Below are positions 1 through 12,458 of a stretch of 60,000 nt of DNA, piece after piece (the stretch's first letter is position 1; every line of letters starts with the position of its first letter). Location: assembly GCA_038087875.1 (NCBI GenBank), contig CM075990.1, positions 14,882,001 through 14,942,000 on the forward strand. Reading direction: 5' to 3'. The notes under the pieces are model-generated. The model searched no databases and was not told the origin of the DNA. It was given only the letters and a program-made list of their open reading frames with translations. Source of the stretch: Malacoraja senta (lineage: Eukaryota). The position numbers and the translations under genes are program-made.

Positions 1-1338
1 AGCGCCCATTACTAGTTAAAAGCAGGCTGTAGATCAGAATGTTGTGAAGTGGTCTAAGGAGGATAACTGTGGCAGATAGAAATTATAAACAATGAGAAAA
101 TGTATTCGGGTTAAATAAATTCAAACTCTGCGTAATGCCTCTTTGTGAAGCCAGTTTGCAATCAAACATGTAATCTTGTCGCACCTTCACTGCAGATAAT
201 CATCGCAAGAAGTTAAATGCGCTCTTTCTAATTATCAGCCTTTCATTTGCAGCTTGTATTAAATGCTGACGTGTTAATGTAAAAAAAACAGTATTAAAAG
301 TAACTTGCATTTCTTTCAGTGGCTCGTGGAGCCACATACTCAGCAACCACACAACTGTCCTACATGTAAAATGTCACAACAAATTAAGATGATCTAGCTA
401 GTGAGAAGTATAATTTGCTTGTTCCATAGTTAAGAATTAAAAAAAAGCTGGCAATTATCTACAGACTGGTGAGATTTAATTGTATGATATCTGAGTTATT
501 TTGATGGTACAGTGGAAATGCAGTACTAATTAAAGCTGTACATCTTTGAATTATATACATTTCTTTACACATTAACAAAAATAATTGCTACATCTATATT
601 GATATGTTTAAATAAAATTGCCCACCGTACTGTTGTTTACCAGATAATGTTTTTATTTTATTTTTATATACTTGACTGCATATTTGAAATTGAAACCTTC
701 ATCATTCTGAGCAATGCCTCATTTATCAGGATGCATTTAAAATAATAGATAGTCTTGTGGAACCAGGGAAGTAGTTGTGCAGGGAATTCCGCAAATTCTC
801 CCAGATTCTGTGGTAGTTTAAGGAAGTTGGTTTGTTCTGATGAATTCCAGGTCAATGTAGGTGGCAAGACGCCCTCACCTCAACTTGACCAAATGGCTCT
901 GCTTTCCTGCAACAGTCCATCACAAGGAACTGTGTCCCCAGGCAAACAATGACACCAGTTTGAGAATGTCGTCACTGATGCTGACATTGAAGAATACCTC
1001 CTGGTGAGCTGTCAGCTTTCAAGATTCATGCTACGTGTAATTCCTCCAGTGTACGCATGCACATCCGGGGAACCTGAACAGATTATACCACCCCACTTTC
1101 ATTGGAGTTGTCCTATTGCTGAACCTCATGGCTAAAGAGACTGGGAACATTTTCCCAGCACCGATTCTGGTTGTGCCCTTTAGAAATATGAAATGAACAA
1201 TATGACACCATGTATATCACCTGGTAAAGTCACAAATATATTGGATCAGAGTATCTTTCAATGCAACTATGATGATATTATTGCTACAAGTAAGGAGAAG
1301 ATGAGAGGATAAATGCAGATTTTTATCTTTTCCTGCAC

Positions 1339-1632
1339 TTCAGAGATACAGCACGGAAACAGGCCCTTCGGCCCACCGGGTCCGTGCTGACCAGCGATCC
1401 CCGCACATTAACACCATCCTACACCCACTAGGGACAATTTTTGCATTTACCAAGCCAATTAACCTACAAACCTGAACGTCTTTGGAATGTGGGAGGAAAC
1501 CGAAGATCTCGGTGAAAACCCACGCAGGTCACTGGGAGAACGTGCAAACTCCGCACAGACAGCACCCGTAGTCGGGATCGAACCCGGGTCTCCGGTGCTG
1601 CATTAGCTGCAACTCTACCGCTGTGCCACCAT
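1339..1632 (-). mobile_element. HE1-type tRNA-derived V-SINE
   Basis: Reverse strand reads GGTGGCACAGCGGTAGAGTTGC (A box), GGTTCGATCCC (B box), the core GGTTTCCTCCCACA, and a CR1-like tail GGGCCGAAGGGCCTGTTTCCGTGCTGTATCTCT. Confidence 0.85.
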
Positions 1633-1790
1633 AACTGCTGCATTCTCTTCGGAGCCCCATGGCTCACTCCTGACACTTATTTGGAAGACATTAGTTTCCA
1701 CTTTATATTGGCAGTGAGCTTTATCTCTCAACCCCTTCATTGCCTTTAATGTGTTATGTGTTTTGGCAATGACCAGGTTTGGTTGAGTAG

Positions 1791-2010
1791 GCAAAATGTT
1801 TAAGAAGGAACTGCAGATGCTGGAAAAGCGAAGGTAGACAAAAATGATGGAGAAACTCAGCGGGTGAGGCAGCATCTATGGAGCGAAGGAAATAGGCAAC
1901 GTTTCGGGCCGAATCGTCTGAAGAAGGGTTTCGGCCTGAAACGTTGCCTATTTCCTTCGCTCCATAGATGCTGCCTCACCCGCTTAGTTTCTTCAGCATT
2001 TTTGTCTACC
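1791..2010. mobile_element. Palindromic Penelope terminal-repeat mini-element
   Basis: Arms match the termini of the element at 45097-46633. Perfect 13-bp TSD TTTGGTTGAGTAG at 1778-1790 and 2011-2023. Confidence 0.9.
1915..1950 (+). ncRNA. Minimal hammerhead ribozyme motif
   Basis: CTGAAGA-A-GGGT(TTCG)GCCT-GAAA-CGTT: core, stem II and palindromic stem III. Stem I is weak. Confidence 0.55.
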
Positions 2011-2049
2011 TTTGGTTGAGTAGACTTTTTTTGGTTTTATTTTACATTC

Positions 2050-2545
2050 AAGGGTCGTGGGCTTCAGAGGCTGAACCAGAATTTTGATTGTTCATCCCTA
2101 ATTGTCCTTGAGAAGGTGGTAGTGAACTGTCTTCTTGAACTACTGCAGTCTATGCAGTGTGGGTGCACCTGCAGTGTTGTTATAGAAGGGGTTCCACGAC
2201 AATGACCCAGCAAGGGTAAAGGAATTGTGATCTATTTTCAAGTCAGGATGATGCGTGGCATGGTGAACAACTTCCAGGTGGTGGTATTCTCCATGCTCAT
2301 GCTGTCCTCCTAACTGCCAGAGGTTGCGGTTTTGTGGTTGTGGTTTTCTGTCTAAGGAATCTTAATGAGTTGCTGCACTGCGTCTTGTACAAACTGCTGG
2401 TACTGTGTTGGAGTGAGTGAGGAGTTGTGGATCGGATCCCTATCAAGCAGACTGTATGGTGTTGATCTCCTTGAGTGATGTTGAAGCTACATTCATCCAG
2501 GCAAGTGGAGAGTGATGGAATACTCTTCATTATTCCTTCACACTC
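2050..2545 (-). mobile_element. Old CR1-group LINE 3' fragment
   Basis: CATCCCTAATTGTCCTTGAGAAGGTGGT...CTTCCAGGTGGTGGT resembles the reverse strand of a chondrichthyan CR1 3' end (recall). Degenerate. Confidence 0.55.
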
Positions 2546-2572
2546 CTCATCACGCTCCAATACTCCAACACA

Positions 2573-2734
2573 TATACTCGCAGCATGGTCGTAGGAGGTC
2601 GTAGGTAGGTAGGTCGTGATGCTAGTCGTAGGTACTCGTGGCATCAAGTAGGTCGGGGCGTTTTTCCAACATGGTGAAAAATGTCCATGAGTAAAAAAGG
2701 TGGTGAATTAGGTCGTGAAAGTGGGACAGGCCCT
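2573..2734. mobile_element. Harbinger-type MITE, right half only
   Basis: Ends GTGGGACAGGCCCT followed by TTA. Aligns by eye to the right part of the complete copy at 56352-56577. Confidence 0.85.
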
Positions 2735-3100
2735 TTAGGAAGTTCATGTTTCACATTCAAATATTAAGCATGTGCTTATCATTTACATTCACCATTCAGA
2801 TCTCATATGTGATTAGCCACTACGGTAAATGGTGAAGCCAGCCCTTCTTGGTTTTGTGGTTTGTCTCTTTGCTGGTTTCGAAAATGAAGAGGAGGAAAAC
2901 CACAAAGGAAATTTGACAGATTTTAGTTGTTGAGTTTTCAAATGATGCACTGTACATGATGCTATTATTGGAAAGTTAAATGTGATGTGAAGTACAATGC
3001 TGTAAAACTTCCTTGGTCCATTCCCATTAGGTCACAAGCACCAAACTTCCTCTCCGGTTAGATAGGCTGACATTTTCGTGATACAAGGAATAGCAGGAAA

Positions 3101-3467
3101 AGGGCCTGTCCCACGAGCATGCGACTGCATGCGGCAAGCGCAACCTAACGTGGTCGCTTGAGCCGTACGGCCTCGCGGGGCCGGTCCCACTTCGATCGCC
3201 GGAGCTGGTCCCGACATCCCGCGGGGCTCCGAAAAACTGACACTGTTCAAAAATTCCACGCGGCCACGGCCTGCCGGCCCGCAGCCGCCCCGACGCCGTA
3301 CGCACCGCCTCGACGGGCATGCGCAGCATCTCGATGCCGTACGTCACGCGCGATCTTCCTGCGGACTTCGCTCGAACTTCACGTCACTCACTCGACCTCC
3401 GCGCGGCCACCGCTTCCGATTTGGTCGCGCTTGCCGCATGCAGTCGCATGCTCGTGGGACAGGCCCT
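3101..3467. mobile_element. CpG-rich Harbinger-type MITE
   Basis: Perfect 41-bp terminal inverted repeat AGGGCCTGTCCCACGAGCATGCGACTGCATGCGGCAAGCGC. Right flank TTA, left flank AAA. Confidence 0.9.
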
Positions 3468-3470
3468 TTA

Positions 3471-3783
3471 GGTCATAAAGTCATAATTGATCAGAGTAGA
3501 AGTTAGGCCATTCGGCCTATCATGTCTACTCCACCATTCAATCATGGCTGATCTATCTCTCCCTCCTAACCCCATTCTCCTGTGATTTCCCCATAACCTC
3601 AGACACCTGTACTAATCAAAATATCTATCTGTCTCTGCCTAAAATTATCCACTGACTTGGCCTCCACAGCCTTCTGTGGCAAAAATTCCACAGATTCACC
3701 ACCCTCTGACTAAATAAATTTCTCCTCATCTCCTTTCTAAAAGAGCGTCCGTTAATTCTGAGGCTATGACCTCTAGTCCTAGA
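3471..3783 (-). mobile_element. CR1/HER1 LINE 3' end
   Basis: Reverse complement of the RVVNLWNSLPQK-encoding end and 3' UTR seen at 53043-53366. Confidence 0.85.
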
Positions 3784-4082
3784 AACGTCTAGTGGAAACG
3801 TCCTGGGCCTATTTGACTGGATGCTGCAATCTTGAGGAAATCACTGCGCTGGAGTAATCAATGGTTGAAGCAGCATCCGTGGAGGGAATGGACAAACAAT
3901 GTTTTGAGTTGGGACCCAAGGAGGAATTTATTTAGTCAGAGGGTGGTGGTGAATCTGTGGAATTCATTGCCACAGAAGGCTGTGGCGGCCAAGCCAATGG
4001 ATATTTTTAAGGCAGATATAGATACATTCTTGATTATTACATGTGCCAGAGGTTATGGAGCGAAGACAGCAGAATAGGGTTA

Positions 4083-4613
4083 TGGCTCTGTCCCACGGGT
4101 TTGCGGTCGTTGGCGGTGAAGCGCGGCGTCGCCGGAAGAGGGGACCACACGGCAACCACGAGAGCGCCGCATGGATGCTGCGCGGGGGGCCAAGTACGGC
4201 CGGTTCAACGAGCTTGCGGTTTCGGCTGATGACGTCTTTCGGATCGCGGGGCTGTGGCGGCGGCCGTGCCGCACACGTACCTCACTGGCGGCGGCTGTGG
4301 CGGTGACCGTGCCGCACTCGTGCCTCACTGGCGGCGGCTGTGGCGGTGCAGGTTCGACTCACGGCGCTCGTGCCTCACTGGCGGCGGCTGTGGCGGTGAC
4401 CGTGCCGCACTCGTGCCTCACTGGCGGCGGCTGTGCGGTAGGAACATATTTTTGGACAGTGTTGTTTTTTTTTTAACATCGTGCGGTGTTGGGAACAACG
4501 CCGCACGGCCCCGGAATTGTGCGTTTGACCGAGCCCGCGGTCTCTGGCGGCCCAGGAACGGTAGATAGTTCCTGTTTCGCCGCCAATGACCGCAGACTCG
4601 TGAGACAGGCCTT
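4083..4613. mobile_element. Harbinger-type MITE with internal GC-rich tandem array
   Basis: Imperfect ~40-bp terminal inverted repeats and TTA TSD (4080-4082, 4614-4616). Removing it restores the CR1 sequence GGGTTAGGAGGGAGAGATAG seen intact near 53276-53295. Confidence 0.9.
4249..4439. repeat. Minisatellite-like array with 43/50/43-bp spacing
   Basis: CCTCACTGGCGGCGGCTGTG starts at 4280, 4323, 4373 and 4416. Confidence 0.9.
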
Positions 4614-5057
4614 TTAGGAGGGAGAGATAGATCAGCCATGATTGAATGACAAAGAAGACTTGATGGGCCGAATGGCTTAAATCCGCTCATCACTTATGAA
4701 CTTGACAAGTACTTCACCATATTACTGCCAAATAGGTTCAGGACGTCAGTGTTTGTTGGAAGTCTTGAAAGTAATACAGACTAAATAATTAGGGCTTGTA
4801 AACTACTATTACAATGTTTTGCCTCTTGCAGTTTATTTCCCCCCGTGGTATAGATTCTCCTCAACAATTTAACCAAGTATATTTCTTTTTTCTGCCCTGG
4901 CAACATTTGTTATTGTAGCTACAGTGTCTACTTTTCATTCTATTTAGCCTTTCAAAATATTCCGGAATAGTTCCGGAATAGTTAGTTCCCAACCTTTGTT
5001 ATGACCTTTATTAGATCAATTTTATTGTCAGCCGCATGCTTTCATTTATCTCTATTA

Positions 5058-5387
5058 TGGGCCTGTCCCACCTAGGCGAGTTTTTAGGCAACTACAGGCG
5101 ACTAGTTTGTCGCCACGTGTTCGCTGTTGGTCGCCGGGAGTAATCGCCTCAGTCGCGCAAAAACTCGTAGCGTCTTTCTGGTCGCTGCTAAATTTTCAGC
5201 ATGTTGAAAAATTTTCTGCGATGGTGGGTTTGATGCCAATGAGTGTAGCTTGACTTCTCCTGATGTAGATGCTGTCATAGGTTGTCGCCAGGATGACGTA
5301 GGTTATCTCCGTTTTTTTACGGCGACCTGCTACGACTGTGACAGTCGCCGGAAGTTGCCTAAAAAATCGCCAAGTGGGACAGGCCCA
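5058..5387. mobile_element. Harbinger-type MITE
   Basis: TGGGCCTGTCCCAC...GTGGGACAGGCCCA with perfect TTA TSD (5055-5057, 5388-5390). Confidence 0.92.
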
Positions 5388-6501
5388 TTAGACTATTAGT
5401 TTGTATTGGTATTGAATTGTTGTTATCAAAATGCGGCGAGATGCAGTGAGATACATTTGGTTTGCGCACTATCCCGGCTAAGCATACCATACATGAGCAC
5501 ATCAGCTGTGCAAAAGAGAAAATTGAGTGCAGAATATAGTGTATAGAATATGCTGATAAAATAAAACGCAGTGAGGTAGATTGGAAGATGAGGAGTTTAT
5601 CCTTTTGTTTAGTTTTCACTGATTCTTGCATCAGTTTTCTTTCACGTTTAGATTATCACACATTCATGTTCATTGTTTACATACATTAATGGTGTTTAAA
5701 TGCATGATGTGGGAGAGTGAGGCGCAGGAAATCCTAGTATTGATTTTTGTCCACTATCACAGTCTTGGCACTTGTTGTGGAACTGTTCAACAGTGGCATT
5801 GGGCCATTGAAAAAAAAAAACTCATCCATTTTAATCCTTTTATGCTTTCTTGGAAATACGGAAGTCTCCACCATTTTCAATGAGATTGACAGAGTCGATT
5901 TGGACATGGGTGATGTGTAATCCATGGACCATTGTTTCCCATTACCATCTAGACAATTACCAGGAAACTCATTTGCTACATACAGAAGATGCAGGTTGGG
6001 CAGCAACTGTGAGGCGAGGATCAGTTGACGATAACTCCATTTCGCAATCCATAGATGTTGCTTGACCTGCTGAGAGTTCCCAGCATTTTCTGCCTTAATG
6101 TATTCCAATATCTGTGGTCCCTTTGGTTTTCATGAAATTGATTAGTTGATCTGTGCAATGGGTACATGAGCAGACTTAGACTGTGAAGTTTTCTGGCAAG
6201 GGGATGCCTTAGAGTACATGTCAAATGGACTTTAGAAGTATGACGGCAAGTCGAAAATGCTATGAATGAGGCAAATAGGCTTCAGGGGCATTGAATTTTT
6301 AAGCAGTAAAGCAACATGATATTAGTTAGCCTATAGTTTGAAAGCTTGAATATTTGAATAGTTTGAATATCTTAGATTTCAAGCATTTGCAGTTCATAGA
6401 TCCACTTTAATTACTGCTTTGTGATAACTGAGTAATTTTCCATGCTGGGGTGCTGCGATACAAGATTTTTTTGTGGGTGCTTTCAGAGACAGACTATTAA
6501 A

Positions 6502-6820
6502 GGGCGTCACAGTGGCATAGCGGTAGAGTTGCTGGCTTACAGTGCTTGCAGCACCGAAGACCTGGGTTTGAATCCGACTATGGGTGCTGTCTGTACAGAG
6601 TTTGTACGTTCTCCCTGTAACCGAGTGGGTTTTCTCCGAGATCTTCGGTTTCCTCCCACATTCCTAAAGCTTACAGGTATGTAGGTAAATTGGCTTGGTA
6701 AAATGTAAAAATTGTCCCTAGTGTGTGTAGGATAATGTTAATATGTGGGGATTGCTGTTCGGCGCGGACACTATGGGCCAAAGGGCCTGTTTCCGCGCTG
6801 TATCTCTAAACTAAAGTAAA
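6502..6820 (+). mobile_element. HE1-type V-SINE, full length
   Basis: tRNA-like head, core GGTTTCCTCCCACA, tail GGGCCTGTTTCCGCGCTGTATCTCTAAACTAAA. Confidence 0.85.
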
Positions 6821-8957
6821 CCCTTGAGAGCAAATTGAGAAAATAGTTTAATAATAAATAATAAAATATGTTTAATCACCCCTTTCCTGGGTTTTAGTAG
6901 CTTTCATATTTTTTGTAGACCCTGTGAGAAAGTTTAAAGTGATGAAAACAACAGTTTTAAGTGTATACCATTACTCCAATGTCTTAAAATAAGCTTTCCG
7001 TCAAGGTTTACAGTTCATGAACCAGCATTACTATGAAAAGAAATGTATAACATGATGGCGCATTATTTGTTAAATAGTCTGTAGTAAGATCATGTTCCTT
7101 AAAACACATTGGTGCTGTTTATATAAGGTACTTGAAAGTGACAACGTCATATAATAAAAGTGTTGACACATTGGAATTGGAGTATGTTTTAACATGTGTC
7201 ATTTGAGTTAATGTAAGAGTAATTTGGGAGTAGTTATTGAACACTGCATCCATTGTCATGGTGGTGAGGGCTTATGTGTTCAATCCAATAGCTACAGTAT
7301 TCTATTATATAGTGAGTTGGAATAGGGTGCTACTAATTTTTTAAGTTGTTATCTGCATTTTGCTCCCTGACTCAGTAATATAAATTATACAATGACATTA
7401 GAAATAAGTTCACCCTGAAGTGAAAATAAACCTCTTCTTCAATTTTATGTCAGTAGCGATATTTATATTGTGTATTGCATTTACCATGTGAAGCCTTCTT
7501 CATTACTCTGAAGACTTGTTGGTGTTTTTGTAAAATTAAATTTGACATTCAAAATGAGGGAAGGATGTTTTTGGTAATTTTGATTTATTTTTTTGCAATT
7601 GCTTTGTGTAAATCACGCAGACAATTTGTAGAAGTGGCTAATTTGAGTTCTAGCTACCAATCTAAAAGAAAATCCCTGATGATATTACACCACAATATAA
7701 TATGATTTGAAGACTTTTGCATTTGTATTGTATGGACTGGTATAATAATGATGTGTTCACTGATTTCAGTTAAATGCCACCATTACTGATCATAGAACTA
7801 AATTAAAATATCTCAAATGGTTAATCTTTGACCTGATTAGTAAGTCTGGGCATGTAACAGTATACTTTTTATTGCACTTTACAATCTGCATTATTATGAA
7901 GCATTAGTATAAAATGTAATTTGAATAATAAGGCACATTACAGTTATATTATGGGAAGATCACTGTAGTTACAACCATGTAATTTTGAGACTTGCAAGCA
8001 TAATAGAAACTTAATAAGCAATGCAGCTTGACATACAAAAATACTCATTGCTGTAACCTATGACAGAGCATAGAATGTTTATAGTTTCAACAGAAATTGG
8101 TGTGTCTTTTCTTAATCCTTGTTAGGTATTCTGTTGCAATTAAATAAAGATTAATCATTATAGTTTTGAAAATGTTTTTCACGTTGAAATCATTCATTAT
8201 AGACATTGAATGATCTACTGCAGTGAAGATGACGTGCACTATCTAGTGGAGTTTTTCATTAAATAATGTTTTCTTATTTTCATCAGGTGCTTGTGTAGGG
8301 GTTGATAGTAAATCATTTTAATTCTTCTCCATGATATAGTAAAGTGTTAATAAATCCTAAATAAAGAACAGGTTTATTGACTGATCTGCCGCTTTTATGG
8401 GATAGTTTGTTGAAACAGAATTAAAACCCCCCAAAAAAGCACCAAGTGCTGGAGGAACTCAGTGGGTCGGGCTGTTGCTGTGGAGGCAATGGACAGATGA
8501 CATTTCAGGTTAGAACCCTTTTCAGAAACTTTATACATTTTAGAAATAAGTACTTTCGGTCAACCCATAAGTTTAGAAAAACTGAAGTTTCATTTTAGGA
8601 AATAAAATTATTTCAATAACATTCACAATGGAATATACCCATAGATCACTGCAATTGAAACCCAGTTCCATGGATTTATTTAGTTGGGTGTCATTTATAA
8701 TACGAATTTAATACCGCTGGCAAATGTTCTAAGATATTACTATATATTTATGCCCTTTGAAAACATCATAAACACCAATTTAAAACTGCACAATGATAAA
8801 ATTTAACATTGTGCAATAAATTTAATGTCACCTTAAATTTGTTGTGTTTCTGCACCTCCAGCAAGGAGTTATCTTGTTTTTGCATTTTACAAGTTTTCAA
8901 TGTCCAAGTATTTTGGATTTTTGAGTAATTTAATTTCCTAAAAGTAAATGAAGATTT

Positions 8958-9135
8958 GGTCATAGAGTCATACAGTGTGAAAACAGGCCCTTCGGCCCAA
9001 CTTGCCCAACCTACCAACATGTCCCATCGACGCTAATCCCACCTGGCTGCATTCTGCCTATATCCCTCTAAACCTGTACCTGGCAATGTTTCTGAAACAT
9101 TGCGATAGTCCCTGCCTCAACTACCTGCTCTGACA
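8958..9135 (-). mobile_element. CR1 LINE 3' tail
   Basis: GTCATAGAGTCATACAG...AAACAGGCCCTTCGGCCCAAC, the same tail type as 19829-20180. Confidence 0.7.
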
Positions 9136-9621
9136 GCTTTTCATGTTGAAACAAACAACAAAACTAAGAAATAAAATTTGATCAGGTTATCAGATAGCAA
9201 TGTTATGCTAAGTGATAATTTGGTAGAGGGAATAATTTTATCTGTGAGTCATGAGACTGATGTGAATTATGCTTGCAGCTTCCTAAGATTGGCTATTCAG
9301 CAAGAGCTTTTCACAAAGCATTTATTCCCTGAAAATTGCTGGTTAAATTTTGGGAATTAATTTCCATCTTGGAGCAGAGCCATATAACTCATTCAAGCAC
9401 CACCACCCTCTCCACTATCAGCCCTGTTGCAGGGATTCAGCCCAAAATGTCAACCATTCCTTTCCTCCCACGGATGCTGCTCGACCCTCTGAGGTCCGCC
9501 ACCAGATTACTATTGAGCAAGTGTTATGTCAGGCACTCAGCTCACTCTGTCAAATGTTCTTCTTCCTTGAATTGAGCACGCCAACAAAACAACTTTGCAA
9601 ATTGAAAACTTAAATTTAATA

Positions 9622-9853
9622 ATAAGTTCATAAGTGATGGGAGCAGAATTAGGCCATTCGGCCCATCAAGTCTACTCCGCCATTCAATCGTTGGTGATCT
9701 AGCTTTCCCCATTGAACCCCGTTCTCCCACCTTCTGTCCATAACCCCTGACACCCGTACCAATCGAATCTGTCAATCTCCGCCTTAAAAATATCCATGGG
9801 CTTGTCCTCCACAGCCTTCCGTGGCATTGAATTACAGAGATTCACCACCCTCC
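9622..9853 (-). mobile_element. CR1/HER1 LINE 3' end
   Basis: Matches 3471-3783 and the reverse of 53043-53366. Confidence 0.8.
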
Positions 9854-12092
9854 CACCATCCGAAGAAACACAGTGGACGGTTCAGTCACCATTCCAATGC
9901 AGCCGTGCATTTAGCTGGAGTTTTGTCGCATGCTGACAACCTTTAATGGCGAGCAGCTCTGTAATTTTGCTTCACACATTTTCAGGCTGTGAGCTCAAAG
10001 GTTAAGATGTCCAAACACCTCCCACAATTTCTCTCGCCAATTTGGTTACCTTGATTGGTTCAGAGAACGGAAGGAGTGTAGCCTTCCCGTTTGTCTCTTT
10101 CAATGAATCTAGCCTGATAAATTATTCACATTATATCTGTGTCATTTGGTGAGTGGTCTTGATATGTAATTTTTACCTTGTTATTTTATTTTAAAACATG
10201 CCTTGTTTTGGTTGGAAGGCAGATTCATTGTGGTGCCATACTATAATTGATAAAGGCATTAGAATCGCCCCTCTGGTACTGGAGCATAGAGTGGTGTTGA
10301 GATAGTTAAAGATAAATGAGTGAGTGAGTGACTGGACGGGGTGATTATATTGCTCTTGGGTTTGACTGAAATTGAATGAATTTTCCTGATAGTAAATATG
10401 CTTTCATCTGCTTCCATTTCATGCTTCTTGTACTTTTATTTGATAAATGCACTAAGACCATATGGAGTCTATCTGCATGTATTCTTCTTATAGACCATGG
10501 CCAGGCCTCTGAGCCCCAAGGGCCCGAAAAAGCAGAGCTAACCTAGTTGCTGCTTGGTGTATGTCATTGTTGGTCGACTACCTGTCAGTTCTCAGTTTTG
10601 TTGATGTGTGGAACAATGTCAACCTGATGTCTAAAGTCACTCACAATTATCATTAACCAGAGATGCTGCCAGAGTGAGTCTGGTCATAAAGATGCTGAGG
10701 ACATTATTGTACACTGAGTACTTACAGGGCTGAGAAAGTGGGCAGGCTTCACCAGCAAGTAGAATTTCAGAACCCAGCTGTTTAACTTGGGCATTGCACA
10801 AGTGCTGAAGATCAGTAAAATATTTTTTTCTCTGCAATGAGTTTTAAGAACAATTCCAGTTTTCATGATATTTCTTTATGCTCTAATTTTTTCTATTAAT
10901 CTTAGATTAATCTTTGGTCTGCATTATTCCATTATTATGTTGAAATAACCCACTCATTTATTGCATTGATAACAAATGAATATTCCTCTTTTATTAATGG
11001 TGACTACCTAAAATTGTTTTAGTTGAATTCAAATCGACCTTAGCTTCAGAAGGTTGGGTTTTACCCACCCTGGTGACTCTTTCTCTGTTCTCAATTCACA
11101 TTTAAGTTTGAAACGCTGGTTGAGTAAATGCACAATGAACTTCAAAACCTGGTAATTGTGTTTATTTTTTACCGGAAAGAATGAAACTCGTGAATTGTAA
11201 AAGAACAGTGGGAGCGTTTGTCGTTCGTTAGGTTTGTTTTGTGCCCGGCTCTGACGCCTGTCTTCCACCTTTCCCCGTAAATACCATGGCTGGTCGTCTA
11301 CCCGGCCGCATGTCACATGGCAGGCGGAGAGAAGTCATGGGTGGGAATTAAAAGACTTCGAACGAGCCTTGTCAGAGATGGGTAACCCACACAACAGCTT
11401 AAAAGGCGACGTTAAGTAGAGGAGGAGAGTATTTACATGTACGCTGAGGTTATTTGTGGTCTATTGAAGCAGGTCACAGGTTTGGGGGGTATGGGGGGGG
11501 GATTAAAAAGTTACTGTGTACGTGTTATGCTGCAGCTGTAAGACATGAATAATGACTTAAACCTGACTAGAGATAAAGGCAAACTTTATCTTGCTGTTTG
11601 AAGCTGAGTCTGCCTTTGGGAGACAAAAAATCCTTTTTCATTTGAACCATCTGGTTACTTCTTGTTTACAGCAAACTATGTCAGATTGTGCTTATTAATC
11701 ATGCTTACACAAGTATCTTAATTACTCCCTGCGTAGCTGCTCCGTCTTGAACTCAGAAGTTGACCTTTCTCTTTTTATTCCTTTAAATCATTAATCATAC
11801 ATAATCAACGCCATCGGGGCAGTGCTACAGAGAAGTCTGGCCAGCCTTATTCAGCACGCACTATCCCCAAACAGGCACGTAGAATGAGCCCGTTGCTAGC
11901 AGTCAGGCATATCTTAATTAATGACTTGCACACACCAAAAGAGTTATGTGAGTTGACTGCCTTTTTCTTTTGCGCTCTCTCAAGTTCCTGTTGTAGTGCA
12001 GTTTGTTATCTTTTTCTCATAAAGTGCTACTGCCTTTCACTTTTCTCAATAAATAGAGGTGTTGTTTTTAGGAAACACTAAACCTGAGCAGT

Positions 12093-12290
12093 TTAGGTTG
12101 AGGTTCAGATTTATTAACGTCACCTCTACCGAGGTACAGTGAAAAGCTTTGTTTTGCGTGCAATCCAAACAGATCGGACATACATCAATGCAATCAAATT
12201 AAACTCAAGTACAATAGATAGAGCAAAAGGGAAGAAACCGAATCGAGTGCAGAATGTAGTTCTCAACATTGTGGTGCAGTTTGCCCATAA
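12093..12290 (-). mobile_element. Rex/Babar-type LINE 3' tail
   Basis: Shares TACCGAGGTACAGTGAAAAGCTTT with 13461-13855. Confidence 0.6.
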
Positions 12291-12331
12291 ATATTATCTT
12301 TATGTTGTTGTCCTAACATAAACATTTGGTG

Positions 12332-12458
12332 TGTAAGAAAGAACTGCAGATGGTAGTTTAAATCGAAAGTAGGCACAAAATGCTGGAGTAACTCAGCGGG
12401 ACAGAGAGCATCTCTGTGGAGAGAAGGAATGGGTGACGTTTCTGGTCGAGACCCTTCT
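12332..12458 (-). mobile_element. Solo Penelope terminal-repeat mini-element
   Basis: Perfect 13-bp TSD TAAACATTTGGTG (12319-12331, 12459-12471). Terminates inside the hammerhead motif. Confidence 0.85.

Larger units (their letters stand above)
3917..4704 (+). mobile_element. CR1/HER1 LINE 3' end interrupted by a MITE
   Basis: Encodes FSQRVVVNLWNSLPQKAV...DIFKADIDTFL. The 3' UTR resumes at 4617 after the MITE. Confidence 0.85.

Noticed and set aside
851..1005. Possible exon ending at a good donor (CTG|GTGAGC)
   Set aside because: Weak acceptor, the most protein-like frame has an in-frame TGA at 950-952, and no recognisable protein.
4249..4439. CRISPR-like repeat/spacer pattern
   Set aside because: Spacers are 12-19 bp and two are identical, there are no cas genes, the context is vertebrate, and the array sits inside a MITE.
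3027..4693. Overlapping GC-rich ORFs of 60-106 aa
   Set aside because: By-product of stop-poor GC-rich MITE sequence, with no domain signal.
6502..6590. tRNA genes at SINE heads
   Set aside because: A/B boxes run on into SINE core and tail with no full cloverleaf. The same applies to all copies.
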